DNA of 57,551 bases from Ascoidea asiatica JCM 7603 (taxonomy: Eukaryota; Fungi; Ascomycota). A program made the position numbers and the translations under genes. Shown piece by piece: positions 12,279-24,991 of this stretch. Position 1 is the first letter of the stretch; each line of letters starts with the position of its first letter. The notes beneath the pieces are model-generated. The model worked only from the letters and a program-made list of their open reading frames with translations, was not told the DNA's origin and searched no databases. The DNA lies in NCBI GenBank assembly GCA_001600695.1, contig BCKQ01000004.1, positions 43,770 to 101,320 of the forward strand, written 5' to 3'.

Positions 12279-12807
12279 TTTTTTTTTTAATTTTTTTTAT
12301 ATGATAGATGAAATTTTTTAAATGATATTTTTTATATCAATCAATCGATTGAAATCTTATTGAAAGTGAATAATTGAGTGACAAATTTAGAAAAAAAAGT
12401 CTTACCAAGGGGGAGGAAGAACAAACCTGGCTAGACTTTTATATTTTTTCTCAAATGTTGGAAAAAAAAAAAAAAAAGATGGTATAAAAAATAAAAAAAA
12501 AAAAACCAAATGATTTGATTTAGAGATTGTAAAATTTATATTCAGGGAAATATCTCTATAGATGATATTTTTTCAAGTGATTAAAGGGGAGTAACTTATG
12601 TTATCTAGGTCTAAATATGAATTTGTGAAAAAAGCAAAAAAAATGTTTTCAAAAATGGAGTAAAAGCATAGTTTTATGTTAGTTTATGGACCAAATGAGG
12701 TGAATAAAAACTAGGAAAGGAAAAACTAACAAAAATAAAACCGGTGGAATCATTGAACAATACATACTTAGAAGGGCGAGAAAAACGAAGTAATACTTCT
12801 TTTGTCA

Positions 12808-12821
12808 TGAAAAATTTTTCA
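12808..12821. promoter_or_regulatory. Palindromic double RRPE in the SPE2-NPL6 intergenic region
   Basis: TGAAAAATTTTTCA, which reads as an RRPE on both strands. Confidence 0.5.
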
Positions 12822-13439
12822 ATTTCTTTCAAACAAAAAAAATTAATGAAAAAATAATAATTAAATTCTTATACTATTATTCTTCCTTATAGAGTAGAGG
12901 TTTTTGAAAATATTGAAAGCTTGACAAATCAAGAAAATGTAGTAATCCTAATTGTAATAAAAAATCAGTAAAATATAAATAAATTGATAAAAAATGCAAA
13001 AAAATAGAAAACCAGAGCTATTTGAAAGAAATCAATTATGTTTGACTATCAAAATAAAGAACTGTAGTGAATGAAAAATCTTAAATTTGAGAAGAAAAAT
13101 AATCATTTATATCATTTGGTGGAAGATTAAAATTTTACTGGAGTGGCACAGAGTAGTACATGGAAAAGTCTAGCCACTCGGATAATTCAAAGTGATGTGG
13201 TACAGGATTGTTGCTTGTTGTGGCAAATATGTGGCTCTCTTAACTGAAACGTGACCTTCTTGACGAAGTTTTGTTAAGATAATTGTAGAGTAGCAGCGTA
13301 AGGTATTCCTTCTCGGTCAACATATGAACTGTTATCAATTGACTCCTTAAAGATCATTTTGCATCTGGATTTGAATTTCGATTTGTAGGCTTATTTATTT
13401 ACAATCAAAATAAATAACTTTAATAATTTTATCAAAAAA

Positions 13440-14888
13440 ATGCCAAAACCGATAGATTCAGTGGATATTAAGGATGAAAATACTTCTCCAATAACTCCAA
13501 AAAAGAGAAGAAAGGGAGGAAGACCTCCCGGAAGTAAGAATAAAACAACTTTAGCTAGAGAACTTTTGAATAGTAAACTTACTTCAAGTTCTGCTCTTAA
13601 AACTGGTTCAGCTACTCCTATTATTCGTACTCGAAGGTCTTTGAGAAGATATTCTAATATATCTGATACTTATAATCCCCAAGATGAGGAAAATCAGGAG
13701 AATTATCAGAATAAAAACTCCGTTTATAATTTATCTCCAAGATCAACTAACCATAGTATTAATTCATCTTCCAATCAAAAAGATTCAATGCAAATAGATG
13801 AATCGGATTCCAATACAAATTATAACACCGATATAGAGGCAGATCTAAATGAACAGAATACTTTATTTACAGTTGATAATCAATCTGAGTCTACTCCTAA
13901 GAAAAGAAAAATTGGAAGAGGTTCTCATTTCAAGGGCCGGAAAGCCATTGTTCAACATTTTGATCAAGATGGTAATGAATTAATACTAGCAGATTCGAAA
14001 GATGAATATCTTTTGCCTAATGATCCCGATGGTGAAGCTAAAATTGATGAAAACGGCGATCTACTTGGTAAAAGAAAATTTAAAGTTAGAACATTTACTA
14101 TTAAAAATGGTGGTGAAAAAAAATATATGCTTGCTACAGAACCTGCAAGATGTGTCGGTTTCAGAGATTCTTATCTTCTCTTTAATAGGCATAGGAAGTT
14201 ATTCAAATATCTTGCAACTAACGAAGAAAAATATGACTTAATAAAGAGACAAATTATTCCTCATTCTTACAAAGGAAGATCTATAGGTTTAATTTCTGCT
14301 AAATCCTTTTATAAAGAATTTGGTAGCAAAATAATTATTGGAGGTAAAAAAGTTACCGATGACTATTATGAACAAAATTCAAGACTACATGGGACTATAG
14401 AAGGTGAGTTGGTAAATCCTAATGAAGATATTATAAATTATGATCAAAAACAGTGGATTACTTGGCATGGTGCTTTATTAAAATTCCAAAGAAATCTCAA
14501 TCTGAATTTAAATCTGAATTTGCAAACGAATCTGAATCAAAACCATATCCAAAATTACAATCAGAATCAAGCTCAACAAAAGTTATCCACTTCAACCGAT
14601 GCTCAATTCAAAAATCTGAATTTACCTTTGTTTACTGATCGTAAACCACTTGTTAATATCAATTTAAACCAACGAACAACTGAATCTTCACAGATATCTT
14701 TAACAAGTCAGTCCTGGATATATTTACAAGCTTTAAAATGTCAAAAATATAATAATTTTCTTCACAATATTTCTGACTCAAACTTTGATTCTATTACCTC
14801 ATTATTCACTAGAGATTCTTACACAGGTCTAAACTTCTACCCATCAACAAGCCAATCGAAATTTGTTAAATATATACGAAAATACTAA
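13440..14888 (+). CDS. NPL6: RSC chromatin remodelling complex subunit Rsc7/Npl6
   Basis: AT-hook-like GGRPPGSKNK; CRC_subunit domain DPDGEAKIDENG...TEPARCVGFRDSYLLF...FGSKIIIGGKKVTDDYYE; C-terminal RDSYTG..PSTSQ as in Npl6. Confidence 0.88.
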   Translation: MPKPIDSVDIKDENTSPITPKKRRKGGRPPGSKNKTTLARELLNSKLTSSSALKTGSATPIIRTRRSLRRYSNISDTYNPQDEENQENYQNKNSVYNLSPRSTNHSINSSSNQKDSMQIDESDSNTNYNTDIEADLNEQNTLFTVDNQSESTPKKRKIGRGSHFKGRKAIVQHFDQDGNELILADSKDEYLLPNDPDGEAKIDENGDLLGKRKFKVRTFTIKNGGEKKYMLATEPARCVGFRDSYLLFNRHRKLFKYLATNEEKYDLIKRQIIPHSYKGRSIGLISAKSFYKEFGSKIIIGGKKVTDDYYEQNSRLHGTIEGELVNPNEDIINYDQKQWITWHGALLKFQRNLNLNLNLNLQTNLNQNHIQNYNQNQAQQKLSTSTDAQFKNLNLPLFTDRKPLVNINLNQRTTESSQISLTSQSWIYLQALKCQKYNNFLHNISDSNFDSITSLFTRDSYTGLNFYPSTSQSKFVKYIRKY

Positions 14889-14904
14889 ATTTCATTTTCA
14901 TTAT

Positions 14905-16431
14905 TTAAATATCAAAATTCATATATACACTAGCACTTAATTCATCCAATTCTGGAACTCTATCCATTTCTAATATATAATCATTAGATGTTTGATTTTT
15001 AGTTAAACCGTTAGTTATTTTGGTTATAAATGCCAATAAGGAGGCTAATCTTATTTTTTTTACGTTTAATATATTTTCAAAGTTTGTATCCTTTACGTTA
15101 TTTTGAGATCCGATTTGATCAAGAACCAATATTGACATGGTCTCAGTACTTTTCATAATACAACAATTTACCAACTTTGTTAATGTGATCTCACTTAATT
15201 CTGACAAAATTTGATTTTTCGTTTCATCTATTAAAACTCTTAAAGTTTCATTATTGATTAACTTAGGATTAGGAAAACTTTCTGAAATTGAGTCGAAATT
15301 AAATGAGTTTGATTTCTCATCAGAAAATGAAAAGTTTTCCTTATTAACATCTTGCGGATTATTTACTTGATGAAACACAAATGTTTCTAGTTCAATAGGC
15401 GGTAATAAACAAGATAAAAGAAAACCATTATTATCATTGTAAGATAATTGCTTATTTATAGAGGAATTAAAATTATAGTTAACCAAGCCCACTGATTTGG
15501 TTAATAAAGCTTCAAATTCTTGAATAGTAAATTGATTTCTAGGATCTATTTCTTCAAATACAGTTTTTACAGCATTCAAAACAACCTCTCTAATTTGAAT
15601 CCAACCCCTATTTAACAACCACCAACTCAAAGATAGATAAACTTGCTCTGCCAAATAATCTTTCCCGTTACCATCAGTCTCAACTAGTCCTCTGGTTTCT
15701 TTTCTCAAATCAAAAGTTTGGTCAGAATTTGAGAATATATTACTTGAAAAGTGTGAAGCAATAGAATTAATTATATTGAAAGGAAATTTTCCCTTAGAAT
15801 CATTTACTTTTGACTGGTCCGCATCAATATTAGCTAATTTTAAAGCTGTTTCTAGATATTCCTTTTTGGCTAGAATATTCAATTGTAATCTAATGAGAAG
15901 AATTAAAAAAGAATTGGAATATACTAAAGTTAAAAATCTAGTTAAAGTTTGGATTTTGAGATCAGACCAAAGCTCAGCCTTTGATTTTTGTTGATTATTG
16001 CTTATTCCAATTAGTGGTTTATCACTATCTTTCAAAACAGATGAATTATGATCATCAGAGTTTGATAAAAGAGATAAAGAAGCCAAGCTCGCTGCTTTTT
16101 TCTCGTTAGAAATAGAAGAATCCTGTAAATTTCTTTCTAATTTTCTTTGTTGTAACAATTTAGTGGTGATTTCAACAGGTAATGAATTGCAGATGGGAGT
16201 ATCTAAAGCAGGTATTAAAGCAAATATTGTGAATAGAGCATCTTTTTGAGTCTGCTGAAACCTTCTCTTAATTTGTTCTTTTGCATACTTTTCTTCTTCC
16301 TCTAACTCTTTATATTCTACCAACTTACCATTGACATATTTTCCTAGTAGATATGTGCATCCAAGAATACCAGTTGTGAGATAAATTTTTTTTTTATTGC
16401 GACGATAAAGGATTAAAATCCTAGAAAACAT
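14905..16431 (-). CDS. PEX3: Peroxin 3 (508 aa from the ATG at 16431)
   Basis: Basic RRNKKK plus hydrophobic anchor, KEQIKRRFQQTQ, KAELWSDLKI, RLQLNILAKKEYL, YLSLSWWLLNRGW, LDELSASVY. The ORF-track start is a non-ATG codon. Confidence 0.93.
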   Translation of the reverse strand: MFSRILILYRRNKKKIYLTTGILGCTYLLGKYVNGKLVEYKELEEEEKYAKEQIKRRFQQTQKDALFTIFALIPALDTPICNSLPVEITTKLLQQRKLERNLQDSSISNEKKAASLASLSLLSNSDDHNSSVLKDSDKPLIGISNNQQKSKAELWSDLKIQTLTRFLTLVYSNSFLILLIRLQLNILAKKEYLETALKLANIDADQSKVNDSKGKFPFNIINSIASHFSSNIFSNSDQTFDLRKETRGLVETDGNGKDYLAEQVYLSLSWWLLNRGWIQIREVVLNAVKTVFEEIDPRNQFTIQEFEALLTKSVGLVNYNFNSSINKQLSYNDNNGFLLSCLLPPIELETFVFHQVNNPQDVNKENFSFSDEKSNSFNFDSISESFPNPKLINNETLRVLIDETKNQILSELSEITLTKLVNCCIMKSTETMSILVLDQIGSQNNVKDTNFENILNVKKIRLASLLAFITKITNGLTKNQTSNDYILEMDRVPELDELSASVYMNFDI

Positions 16432-17237
16432 TTTTGAATTTCTGTTAAGAAAATTTTCTTTAATACTTTCCAATTTTGAAAAAAAATGATATATAAATAT
16501 AGATTTATTATATTGTATATTGTATGTAAGCAAATATAGTATGTATGTAAAATATCTGTTTTAAAAAGTAATCCAGATAACGTCAAATTAAGATTATTTT
16601 TTTCAGCTATTGGACAAATGTCAATTTCGTAAAAGAAGCAAAAGTTAATAACACTGGAAATAACTTTAAAATCCTTTTTGATTAACTTTAATATTGAAAA
16701 AGTAGTAGAATATATTTAGTTTATGATTAGTTTATTCCGCTGTTCATCAAATTCCTATTTTTTAGACACAAAATTGAAATAATCAAAATGCAATCCCGAC
16801 CTTTCATCCTATTCTGTTTGCACAAGTTAGTAATGATACAGAAGGGTTGGTATTATTCCGAAAAACGGGACAAATTTGAGCATGATGAAATTTTAGTGAA
16901 CAAAACACCTTTTTTTAGTAAGAGATTATAATTACAAGGATTTTGAAATTTGACTGAGTGGAATAGATCATATATAAAATGCTAGTATTTACTATTGATA
17001 TTACATAAAAATCAAGGCGCCACCGATAATCCAAGATTACCTGCTTTCTATTCTATTATAATTACCCATTCTATTATTCTATTTTATAACCACAAAAGTT
17101 AAATCAACTAATCAGTAATATTGGAATAAATTCTTTTACGACAAAAGCCCACATACACACATTTCTAATAGTATCTCCAGATCAGTGAATATTCTAACCT
17201 TAAAAATGGACAACCAAACGTAAATGAATACTAAAAA

Positions 17238-20200
17238 CTAATTAAATGGACTTTCCTGTTCAGCTTCCAACTCAGCTGTAGTTTCAGTATCATTAAAAGC
17301 AGAGAAATGCGTAGGACGATGAAGCTCATGGTAAAAAGGAAGTGGTACATCAATTTTAAGTTCATATGTATCATTTTTGCTCCAGTTAATTCCACTAAAC
17401 GAATAATTCCAAATGTCTATTTTTGGAACCATAAAAAATCCCATCAATCTTTCCGATACAACCAACTGACATTTCTTACCAAAGCTTGGGGAAAACCCAG
17501 AAGGTATTGACGAGCTTGAATTTTTATTACTAAATCCCCATTCAACCCCTTCTTTTTCTAGATTGAAAGCTGTCAAGGTTATAGATCCAGGAGTAAATGA
17601 TACAATTAAATCAATGAATATATCATTATTCAAAGCTTTATTTTTAATAAGTCTAGATTGAAAAGTAACATCTGCCGTAGGTATCACATCATTAGAATGG
17701 GGTTGAGTATGAATCCATCCTAATGGTTCCAACCCATCCATGTATTGATTTGAGTTCTCCAATTCATGAGGCATTAGCGTTGGAAATTCAATCGATTTGG
17801 ATCCGCCGATTTGAGGAACTAACGCAATACATCTTATCTCTTTTACTTTAGGATAATCTGCTGGCGATTTCCCATAAATATAGCCACCAACTTGATTTCT
17901 CAAATCTGACGTTAAAACAAATTTGTTAATCAAATTTTTTGGAACAACGTAAGTGAAGTTTTCATTTTCCAAAATTTCCTCTGAATTGACAAAAAGATTA
18001 TTGGAACGTAAATGTAAACCGGCGGTTGATATTGCTCGATTTCGCCATTCAGTTTTTGAAGAAAATGCTTGCTGACCATAATTGCTGGTTGTTACCGTGA
18101 AAATTTCTTCACCTTGTGCATTAACAGTTTTAGAAGTCAATGCAGTTAACTGAGGAGCAAATTCATCATTGGTTTCATTTAGCCCTTCATTTCTGGCAAT
18201 TTCCGCTACTTGTTGTCTTTTAGCTGAAGGTGCTTTTATATCTTGCCCCAATATTAAGTCTCTAATCTCAGATTCTGTTAAAGAGCTCACATTAACATTA
18301 TTCTTCTTTCCATAATCATTGAGTATTAAATCTCTCAATTGTATTTCTACCATTGCCCATCCCTTATCATCATATGATGGCCATATATGATGCTTCTGAA
18401 TAGTTATTGAGCTATCAGGAACTAAAACTAGTCGGGCTTTCTCCTGATTAACATGTAATGCTCTTAATATTAAAAGAAGACGCGAAAAGGCAGTGAAACA
18501 AGATATGCTAGTCATCCAATCATCATAAAGATTGAAAAGAACCATTTTTGGTTCATTTGCTTTTAAAATAACATCAGCCAACTTATCAACTTTCATAGCA
18601 GCCTGAAATGGTAATTGTAATTCAGATAGTCTTATTCGAATATTTGGAAAATCAAACATATGATTTTCTAAGGGGTCAAGCATTCCTTTTCGGGTTACTA
18701 TTAATTGTTTTGGCTGCTCTTCCTTTGGTAATGACCGAATTAAGGCAGTTACTTCTTCAGCAGTTTTCCATTTAGATAACTGTCCTAATCTTTTCTGACC
18801 TGAAAAAACACTAGCATGAATAATTTTCAAGAAAAGCTCCCCTGATTTAGGATTGAAAATAAAAACCGCTCCATTGATAGGCTTGGTCGCAATATTCCCT
18901 TCAAACGTCTTATGAACAATAACACGATAGACATTAGTGTCATCAATAAAAAATTGGGTATCATTTCCAAATAGCTCAGAATAGTTACTCGAATTCAAAA
19001 AGGCTTCTTGAGGTTGAGCTTGATATAAATGTAAAGCTTTACGAATTCTTTCACGTAACTGGAAGATAGCAGGGTTTGCCTTCATTATAACTCTCAACGC
19101 ATTTTGAACCAAAGTTTTAGCACCAGGGAACCAGTTTCCATATGCATCATACATATTATAGGATAGATCTATTCCTATTATTATTCCAGCAGCAGAAGGA
19201 TATAAGTTCGTAGCCTCAGTTGTATATGAAAGATACTTTGAACGAACATACCGGGATATGTCATGTGAATCATAGTCACCATAACGTAGTTGCACATCAA
19301 TCCAGAATTTATTGGTTGTTAATGATCCAAAATCGTCATTTTTATCATATAGCAATGATGGCTTACTAACAGACCATTTATAAGAACTTACCAAGGAAAT
19401 ATCAGCACATGAAGAATTCATTTTATATGATTTACGAGGATGGATTGCTTCTTTTTGGACTGAATCAATTTGTAATTGTTCCGATTCTTGATCAAATACC
19501 TGAGTCAAATCAAAAACCACACTTTCATGAATTTTTTGCCATAAATGCGCACGGAATATTTGAATCAAAGCTATTTTTAAAGTCGGAATTTTACCATGAA
19601 GAAAAATTCCAGTCAAATCTAGTTGAACTAAAAACCCAACGTAAACATCTGCTCGATTAATTGTAGGAGACCACCAAAGTGTAAACCGACGATTAGGAAT
19701 CTGACTTAAACCAGACCTTTGAGCATTAGTTAGCTTTTTAAATTTTAGCGAATCTTCAAATCCGGAGGCCTTTTCCCAAAACAAACCTTCCCAGGAATCA
19801 AATCCAGTAGCTTTGAATAAAGTATGTTCGAGAATGGTTTCTATCCCGCCAAGCGCTTGTATCACATCAGTTCGATAAGCATTCAAGTTCCATAATTTTC
19901 CATCGTGATACGTGCTTGTCCACCAAAATGCATTGAATCTTGGGATTGAAAATTGCTTGAATATTCTTCTAATTCTATGACCCTTATCGTAGGCTAATGC
20001 ATGACGATCCTTTTGAAATAGGGTGCTTATTCGGGGAATTCCTCTGTCCCAACTATCTTCCATATCTTCAAAAGCCAAACGCCGATTCAGTTGAATTGCT
20101 TCCTTTCTTTTAATGACATATTCTGCCCAGACTCTTTGAGAGTCGATAAATTCTTCTTCCCAAGACACAATATATCTATGAATTGTAGGAATGATTTTTT

Positions 20201-23200
20201 CGTCTGAGTGGGTCATTCCTGCTCGAAAGTGAGTGATTCCAGTATCAGTTTGTTTTGACGAACGTAAATCAGAAGCAGGTATTAAAATATGAGAAGCACT
20301 CAACATTCCAAGGCCACCTAATTCTTTAGGAGTATAGAAAACAGCAGGAGGAAATCTTGTTGGCATTTTGGAATTGAGACCCATTTTTACCCTTGTTTGA
20401 ATTTTAGTTTCGCACTTGACAATTATATCCAAAAGAGATTGCGTGTTGATAATCGCCTCTCTAAAATATGTAAATAAAGATATCAAACTAGTATTCCATT
20501 TACTGGCAATTTTAGTAAAAGTGGTAGACCCTGAAGACATTAAAATTTGTCTAATACGATTATGGAATTTTCTTACCTCCTCTTCAGAGACCTGAAGAAA
20601 AGCAGTAGCAGTTCGCTCTCTGGTTAAATTATTTATTAGCTTCCAGGTTCCCTCTTTCCCATCTGAATCTTCAATTGAATGGCATTTTGGAAGTATTCTA
20701 ATTTCAAATCCACACATCGAAAATAATAAATTGGGATTATCCCTACTATAAACCGAAAGAAAGGTATCATCTGCGCCCCATTCAAGACTTGTTAAAGAAA
20801 TAGGGATTCTACTACTTATTTGCCAAAAAGCTGCCTTGGCAAGATTTACATCATGGCGTATAAGCTTCATTCTTTGGTCTTTTGGCCAACAACGATGATT
20901 ATTGAAACCGATAACATTTTCGAAATTTGGGTCTGGATTATCGGATAGATAATCTTTCACCATGTCTTCAGCTTCTTCATTTGAAAATTTAAGTAGCATA
21001 TAAATTTTGTCAATGTAACGACAATAAAGCTTTATTGGATGCTGAGAATCATACTTCAAATCAGCTAATTCATTAGCCCTTTCTAGCCCTAGTAACAAAA
21101 GGTCAATAACCAAGCCATAGTAATGAATAAGAAAGCCAGAAAACTGTAATCCTTTTATTAGTCCGTAACAGTTAACATGATTCATATCTTTATAGTTTAT
21201 TGTAATATTATTTTTGGCGGTAATATAATCAGCTATATTTGGGTCGATAATAAGCCTCAATAGTCTATTTAAAAGTGTTAAGTCTATTTTTTCACTCATT
21301 TTTAGTAAAGATCCTTGTAACATTACAGAGCATTGCCCCTTAGAAGTATCCCATATTCCATCAATATTATTTATATTTTGACACCATCTATATGCTAATA
21401 ACGGAGGGATTTCCGAATCAGAAGGTTTAATCCAATTGGGAAAAAGCTGTCTTCTATCAGCTTCAAACCATAAATATTGATCCAAGTAGGCATCTGTAAT
21501 TTTTTCTAAAGGATCTATTTCAAAAGTAGGGGTTAAGTAATCATAGTAATCCATCATTTCTATATTTGTATCTTTAAATACTCTTTGAGTTAATATGAAT
21601 TTTTTAACTCTATTGAGGCATTCATGAGGATTGTCATAAGCTTGTTCAATTAAAGCTAGTTCTTCTCTTTGAGAAGCATTTAGTCTTCCTTGAGCACCAT
21701 AACTTTCTTTTAGGTTATCTAACGCTAGAACAAGAAGTTTGGTATCATGTTTATAGCTTAAAGGAGGAAAAGGAATTGGTTGAAATTTTCTAATTTCAAG
21801 CCAATGAATCACTGCTTCATGAATTGCTACAGCCTCGTCAGAAGATACATAAGGGCCGTCCTTTTGAAAATGTATTTGTCTATCTTGCTCATTTTTTAAC
21901 CAAAGTCGTGTCAATCTTCCCAAATTTTTCTTAGCAATTGTTTTCTCGATATTAGCACCTGCTTGAATTCTTTTTCTGTTATAGTGGGCAACAGAAATCC
22001 ATCCATCTGCTTTGGCTTTAATATATCTATTTATTATTTTTTGAATAGGGCTAGGCAAACCTGGAACATTATAAGGCAAATTAGCTTTCCAGCATCTCCA
22101 AGCCTCGCTTAAGTGAGCTAGAATTGTTTTTGACTTAGATTGTCTCAAGTTTTCTGGAATCATATCCAAAATGTCATGCATTACAGAATCTCTTAATTCT
22201 AAATCATAATATGAATCCACTCTTTGTTTGGTTATAGTTTTAGTTACTTCCTTTGAGTGTCTTCCTTCAAATTGTCGTGCGAGCAAATTTCCTAACCATC
22301 TTTCTAAAAGAGGAATTACTCCCCTCAAAAAAAAAATCCATATTCTCCAAGCTGGTTGCCAAAACCCACAACCCGGACCCTTTCCGATTTGAACATTAAA
22401 CCTATAATAAACAACATGCTTCAAGTCTTTGCATGATCTGATTTGATGCATAACCTTGTATTTGTATCTATATATACCAGTGAGTTGCCCAAGATGATTC
22501 AAAATGTAGTAGATACCATCAGATAGTTGATAAGAATCTATATTACCTAATCTAAACTGAACATGGGAATCAACTAAGAGCTTTGTTATCTTTAATATTT
22601 CTCGCATCAAATGAAACGCATTACCAAATCTCGATCTTTTTCTTTCTTTAGTTGTAAGTGTCTTAGTAGGTTTGAGGTTAAAATTATAATCTAAATGTAG
22701 ATAAACTAATCCTTTTCGATGAATTAACAAATTTAAGACATTGTGCCCTTGTCGACATACCTGTAATCCTGCTTCTAGCCAGTCTATAGTTGTCTTTTGA
22801 AAATATTTTGTGCCACTCAAAGATTTGAGTAGTTTAACTTTCTTGATTTTTCTCGAAACTATAGACTTCTTTTTCAATTCATTAAGAACATAAGTTTTCA
22901 AAAGCTTTTGATAAGAAACCCTGACTTTTACAGGATACCCAGGAGGTGGATGCTCGAGATACCATTTTTTTACTAACGCAACATCTTGAGCTCTAACCAT
23001 TTTTCCAGATCTAGAATTGAACGGATGAGGCCCCCACCATAATTGAAATCCACGATGTGTATTTTTGCTTTCCATTGGTTCATCATGTAATAGTGGTTTA
23101 AAGTCTTTGAAGGGAAGCTTGAAATGTTTCTGATTGGCATTCAAAGGTTTAGAGGAGATAAAATTACCTGTGAGATTTTTGAAAGAAATTGGATAAATAT

Positions 23201-24494
23201 TATCGTTGAAAGTGAATACTGGAGATTCAAAATCTTGTACCTTTGAGTATAAGTTTATAGGATGACAGTACCAACTAATTGCCACACTTTTTGTGGAAGA
23301 ATTGTAAAGAAAACAAAACGCGATTCTGTATTCTATTTTTATTGGAATTCTGATAATTACTCTATCAAAAGAATTAAATTCTCCTAAATCTTCTAAATTA
23401 GAATTGAAATCTTTGTATAAAGGTTCAAACTTTGGACCACCTGGTATGGGCAAATTTAAAGCTTTTGCAGTTAAGAAAGATTCTTTATCAAATAAATAAA
23501 AGTAATTCTTATCAAAACTTTCGCTCAATAAGGGGGTAGATAGAACTAGCATATCAGACATTTGATCTAAATTTAACCACCATTTCCTGTAGGACGGCCC
23601 GTTTACATAAGAACTTGAGGAGAATGTCTTCGAAGTATTACTTGTTTTTAACAAAGGTTTAGAATTATAAAACCAGTTATGATCATTAGCACCTTCAACG
23701 TCATTCAAGTCTATTTTTATTGCTTCCAAAGGATCTAAATTTTCAATATTTTCAAGGTAATTCATTGGGGGTTCTTCGTCATCAAATGAAGGAAAACTCA
23801 TTCTCTTGAAATGTCTTCTGTCTTTTTTTTCACGTCTCATCATTAACCATGTAGAGCCCCACTGAGCCGTATAAATTGGCTCTATTACTCTTGGAATTTC
23901 ATTAACAAAAGTAATTGCACCTGTATTATGATATAACACCTTAACGCTTTTGACGTTTTCCCAAGGCTGAGGCATATTTTCCAATAATTTTAAGATAGCA
24001 TGAGGCATAAATTTCAATGCACCTAAATATGATCTTTTATCATTTTGAAATGCTTTAGAAGACATGTCGCCATGTTCTATAATTATTTTCCTTAGTATTT
24101 CGGGAGGCATTTCACATTTACCCGCTTGAATAGATCCCCCAAATTTTGATTTAAAAGCTCTTTTAATTCTATATCTTTTATTTTGCAATTTTAGCCATTT
24201 TTCTTCATTTATTTGTGATTGATGGATTCTTTGAAAAGCATAAGCATCATTGAATTCAGCTTCATTTTCTTGATCCTCATTATAATTACCATTATAAATA
24301 TTAAAGCTATCTTCTTCAAAATTTAAAGGAGGTGGTGGAGGAGGTATAAATGAAAGTGGTGGCGGCGGTGGAGGAGGTGATGGTGATGGTGAAGAGGGCC
24401 CTGGAGGTGGTGGAGGAGGTGGAGATTCTATGAAATCAGATTTGGGTTGTTTTGAAATTTCTTTGATAGAAAAGTCTGTTGATTTAGAGTCCAT
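17238..24494 (-). CDS. PRP8: U5 snRNP / spliceosome core protein Prp8 (2418 aa from the ATG at 24494), intein-free
   Basis: Polyproline N-terminus, [50 protein letters not shown], RNase H-like and Jab1/MPN (GWIHTQP) domains, [11 protein letters not shown]. Confidence 0.99.
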   Translation of the reverse strand: MDSKSTDFSIKEISKQPKSDFIESPPPPPPPGPSSPSPSPPPPPPPLSFIPPPPPPLNFEEDSFNIYNGNYNEDQENEAEFNDAYAFQRIHQSQINEEKWLKLQNKRYRIKRAFKSKFGGSIQAGKCEMPPEILRKIIIEHGDMSSKAFQNDKRSYLGALKFMPHAILKLLENMPQPWENVKSVKVLYHNTGAITFVNEIPRVIEPIYTAQWGSTWLMMRREKKDRRHFKRMSFPSFDDEEPPMNYLENIENLDPLEAIKIDLNDVEGANDHNWFYNSKPLLKTSNTSKTFSSSSYVNGPSYRKWWLNLDQMSDMLVLSTPLLSESFDKNYFYLFDKESFLTAKALNLPIPGGPKFEPLYKDFNSNLEDLGEFNSFDRVIIRIPIKIEYRIAFCFLYNSSTKSVAISWYCHPINLYSKVQDFESPVFTFNDNIYPISFKNLTGNFISSKPLNANQKHFKLPFKDFKPLLHDEPMESKNTHRGFQLWWGPHPFNSRSGKMVRAQDVALVKKWYLEHPPPGYPVKVRVSYQKLLKTYVLNELKKKSIVSRKIKKVKLLKSLSGTKYFQKTTIDWLEAGLQVCRQGHNVLNLLIHRKGLVYLHLDYNFNLKPTKTLTTKERKRSRFGNAFHLMREILKITKLLVDSHVQFRLGNIDSYQLSDGIYYILNHLGQLTGIYRYKYKVMHQIRSCKDLKHVVYYRFNVQIGKGPGCGFWQPAWRIWIFFLRGVIPLLERWLGNLLARQFEGRHSKEVTKTITKQRVDSYYDLELRDSVMHDILDMIPENLRQSKSKTILAHLSEAWRCWKANLPYNVPGLPSPIQKIINRYIKAKADGWISVAHYNRKRIQAGANIEKTIAKKNLGRLTRLWLKNEQDRQIHFQKDGPYVSSDEAVAIHEAVIHWLEIRKFQPIPFPPLSYKHDTKLLVLALDNLKESYGAQGRLNASQREELALIEQAYDNPHECLNRVKKFILTQRVFKDTNIEMMDYYDYLTPTFEIDPLEKITDAYLDQYLWFEADRRQLFPNWIKPSDSEIPPLLAYRWCQNINNIDGIWDTSKGQCSVMLQGSLLKMSEKIDLTLLNRLLRLIIDPNIADYITAKNNITINYKDMNHVNCYGLIKGLQFSGFLIHYYGLVIDLLLLGLERANELADLKYDSQHPIKLYCRYIDKIYMLLKFSNEEAEDMVKDYLSDNPDPNFENVIGFNNHRCWPKDQRMKLIRHDVNLAKAAFWQISSRIPISLTSLEWGADDTFLSVYSRDNPNLLFSMCGFEIRILPKCHSIEDSDGKEGTWKLINNLTRERTATAFLQVSEEEVRKFHNRIRQILMSSGSTTFTKIASKWNTSLISLFTYFREAIINTQSLLDIIVKCETKIQTRVKMGLNSKMPTRFPPAVFYTPKELGGLGMLSASHILIPASDLRSSKQTDTGITHFRAGMTHSDEKIIPTIHRYIVSWEEEFIDSQRVWAEYVIKRKEAIQLNRRLAFEDMEDSWDRGIPRISTLFQKDRHALAYDKGHRIRRIFKQFSIPRFNAFWWTSTYHDGKLWNLNAYRTDVIQALGGIETILEHTLFKATGFDSWEGLFWEKASGFEDSLKFKKLTNAQRSGLSQIPNRRFTLWWSPTINRADVYVGFLVQLDLTGIFLHGKIPTLKIALIQIFRAHLWQKIHESVVFDLTQVFDQESEQLQIDSVQKEAIHPRKSYKMNSSCADISLVSSYKWSVSKPSLLYDKNDDFGSLTTNKFWIDVQLRYGDYDSHDISRYVRSKYLSYTTEATNLYPSAAGIIIGIDLSYNMYDAYGNWFPGAKTLVQNALRVIMKANPAIFQLRERIRKALHLYQAQPQEAFLNSSNYSELFGNDTQFFIDDTNVYRVIVHKTFEGNIATKPINGAVFIFNPKSGELFLKIIHASVFSGQKRLGQLSKWKTAEEVTALIRSLPKEEQPKQLIVTRKGMLDPLENHMFDFPNIRIRLSELQLPFQAAMKVDKLADVILKANEPKMVLFNLYDDWMTSISCFTAFSRLLLILRALHVNQEKARLVLVPDSSITIQKHHIWPSYDDKGWAMVEIQLRDLILNDYGKKNNVNVSSLTESEIRDLILGQDIKAPSAKRQQVAEIARNEGLNETNDEFAPQLTALTSKTVNAQGEEIFTVTTSNYGQQAFSSKTEWRNRAISTAGLHLRSNNLFVNSEEILENENFTYVVPKNLINKFVLTSDLRNQVGGYIYGKSPADYPKVKEIRCIALVPQIGGSKSIEFPTLMPHELENSNQYMDGLEPLGWIHTQPHSNDVIPTADVTFQSRLIKNKALNNDIFIDLIVSFTPGSITLTAFNLEKEGVEWGFSNKNSSSSIPSGFSPSFGKKCQLVVSERLMGFFMVPKIDIWNYSFSGINWSKNDTYELKIDVPLPFYHELHRPTHFSAFNDTETTAELEAEQESPFN

Positions 24495-24991
24495 ATCAAA
24501 ATCACGTATAAACTTTTCCTCTATGAATTGGCTAACAAACAAGCTTACTATTTGCTTCGAATGGAATATCTGATTATAAAATTATATTTCTGTGATTTCG
24601 AAACAAAAAGGTGAATGTTAAAAACTTTTTTATTATTCAAATTCAAAACAGCTACAATACTGCAACTTTGTTTGTACTATGTATTATTGTAAATTTGCAT
24701 ATTTGAAAGGAAAAACTAAACTCAAATAACTATCAGTCTAATGAGCTATTTTATCACGTGCGAATTGATTTACGCACTACCTTTAGCGTCAACTGATAAC
24801 ATACGGTAAATTGTTTTTATAACTTCGAAACTCAAAACAATTGAAATTTTACTTCAAATGTTTTCAAGAGTAGATTTTATTGGAGGTAGGCTTTAACTAC
24901 AAAATTAATCATATCTGATTTCTTTTTATTTTGTTGTTTTTATTTGGCAGACTTATTATCTTGAGGACTAATAAAAAAATAATTACAAGTT

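Noticed and set aside
12279-12660. Polyamine-sensing uORF upstream of SPE2, as in plant and mammalian AdoMetDC
   Set aside because: No ATG on the minus strand for about 380 nt upstream of the start.
16882-16957. Possible box C/D snoRNA on the + strand (ATGATGA ... CTGA)
   Set aside because: No terminal stem, no clear C'/D' boxes, and the putative guide only partly matches rRNA as I recall it.
19755-19790. PRP8 intein
   Set aside because: The usual fungal insertion site reads uninterrupted ([13 protein letters not shown]) and the protein length is normal.
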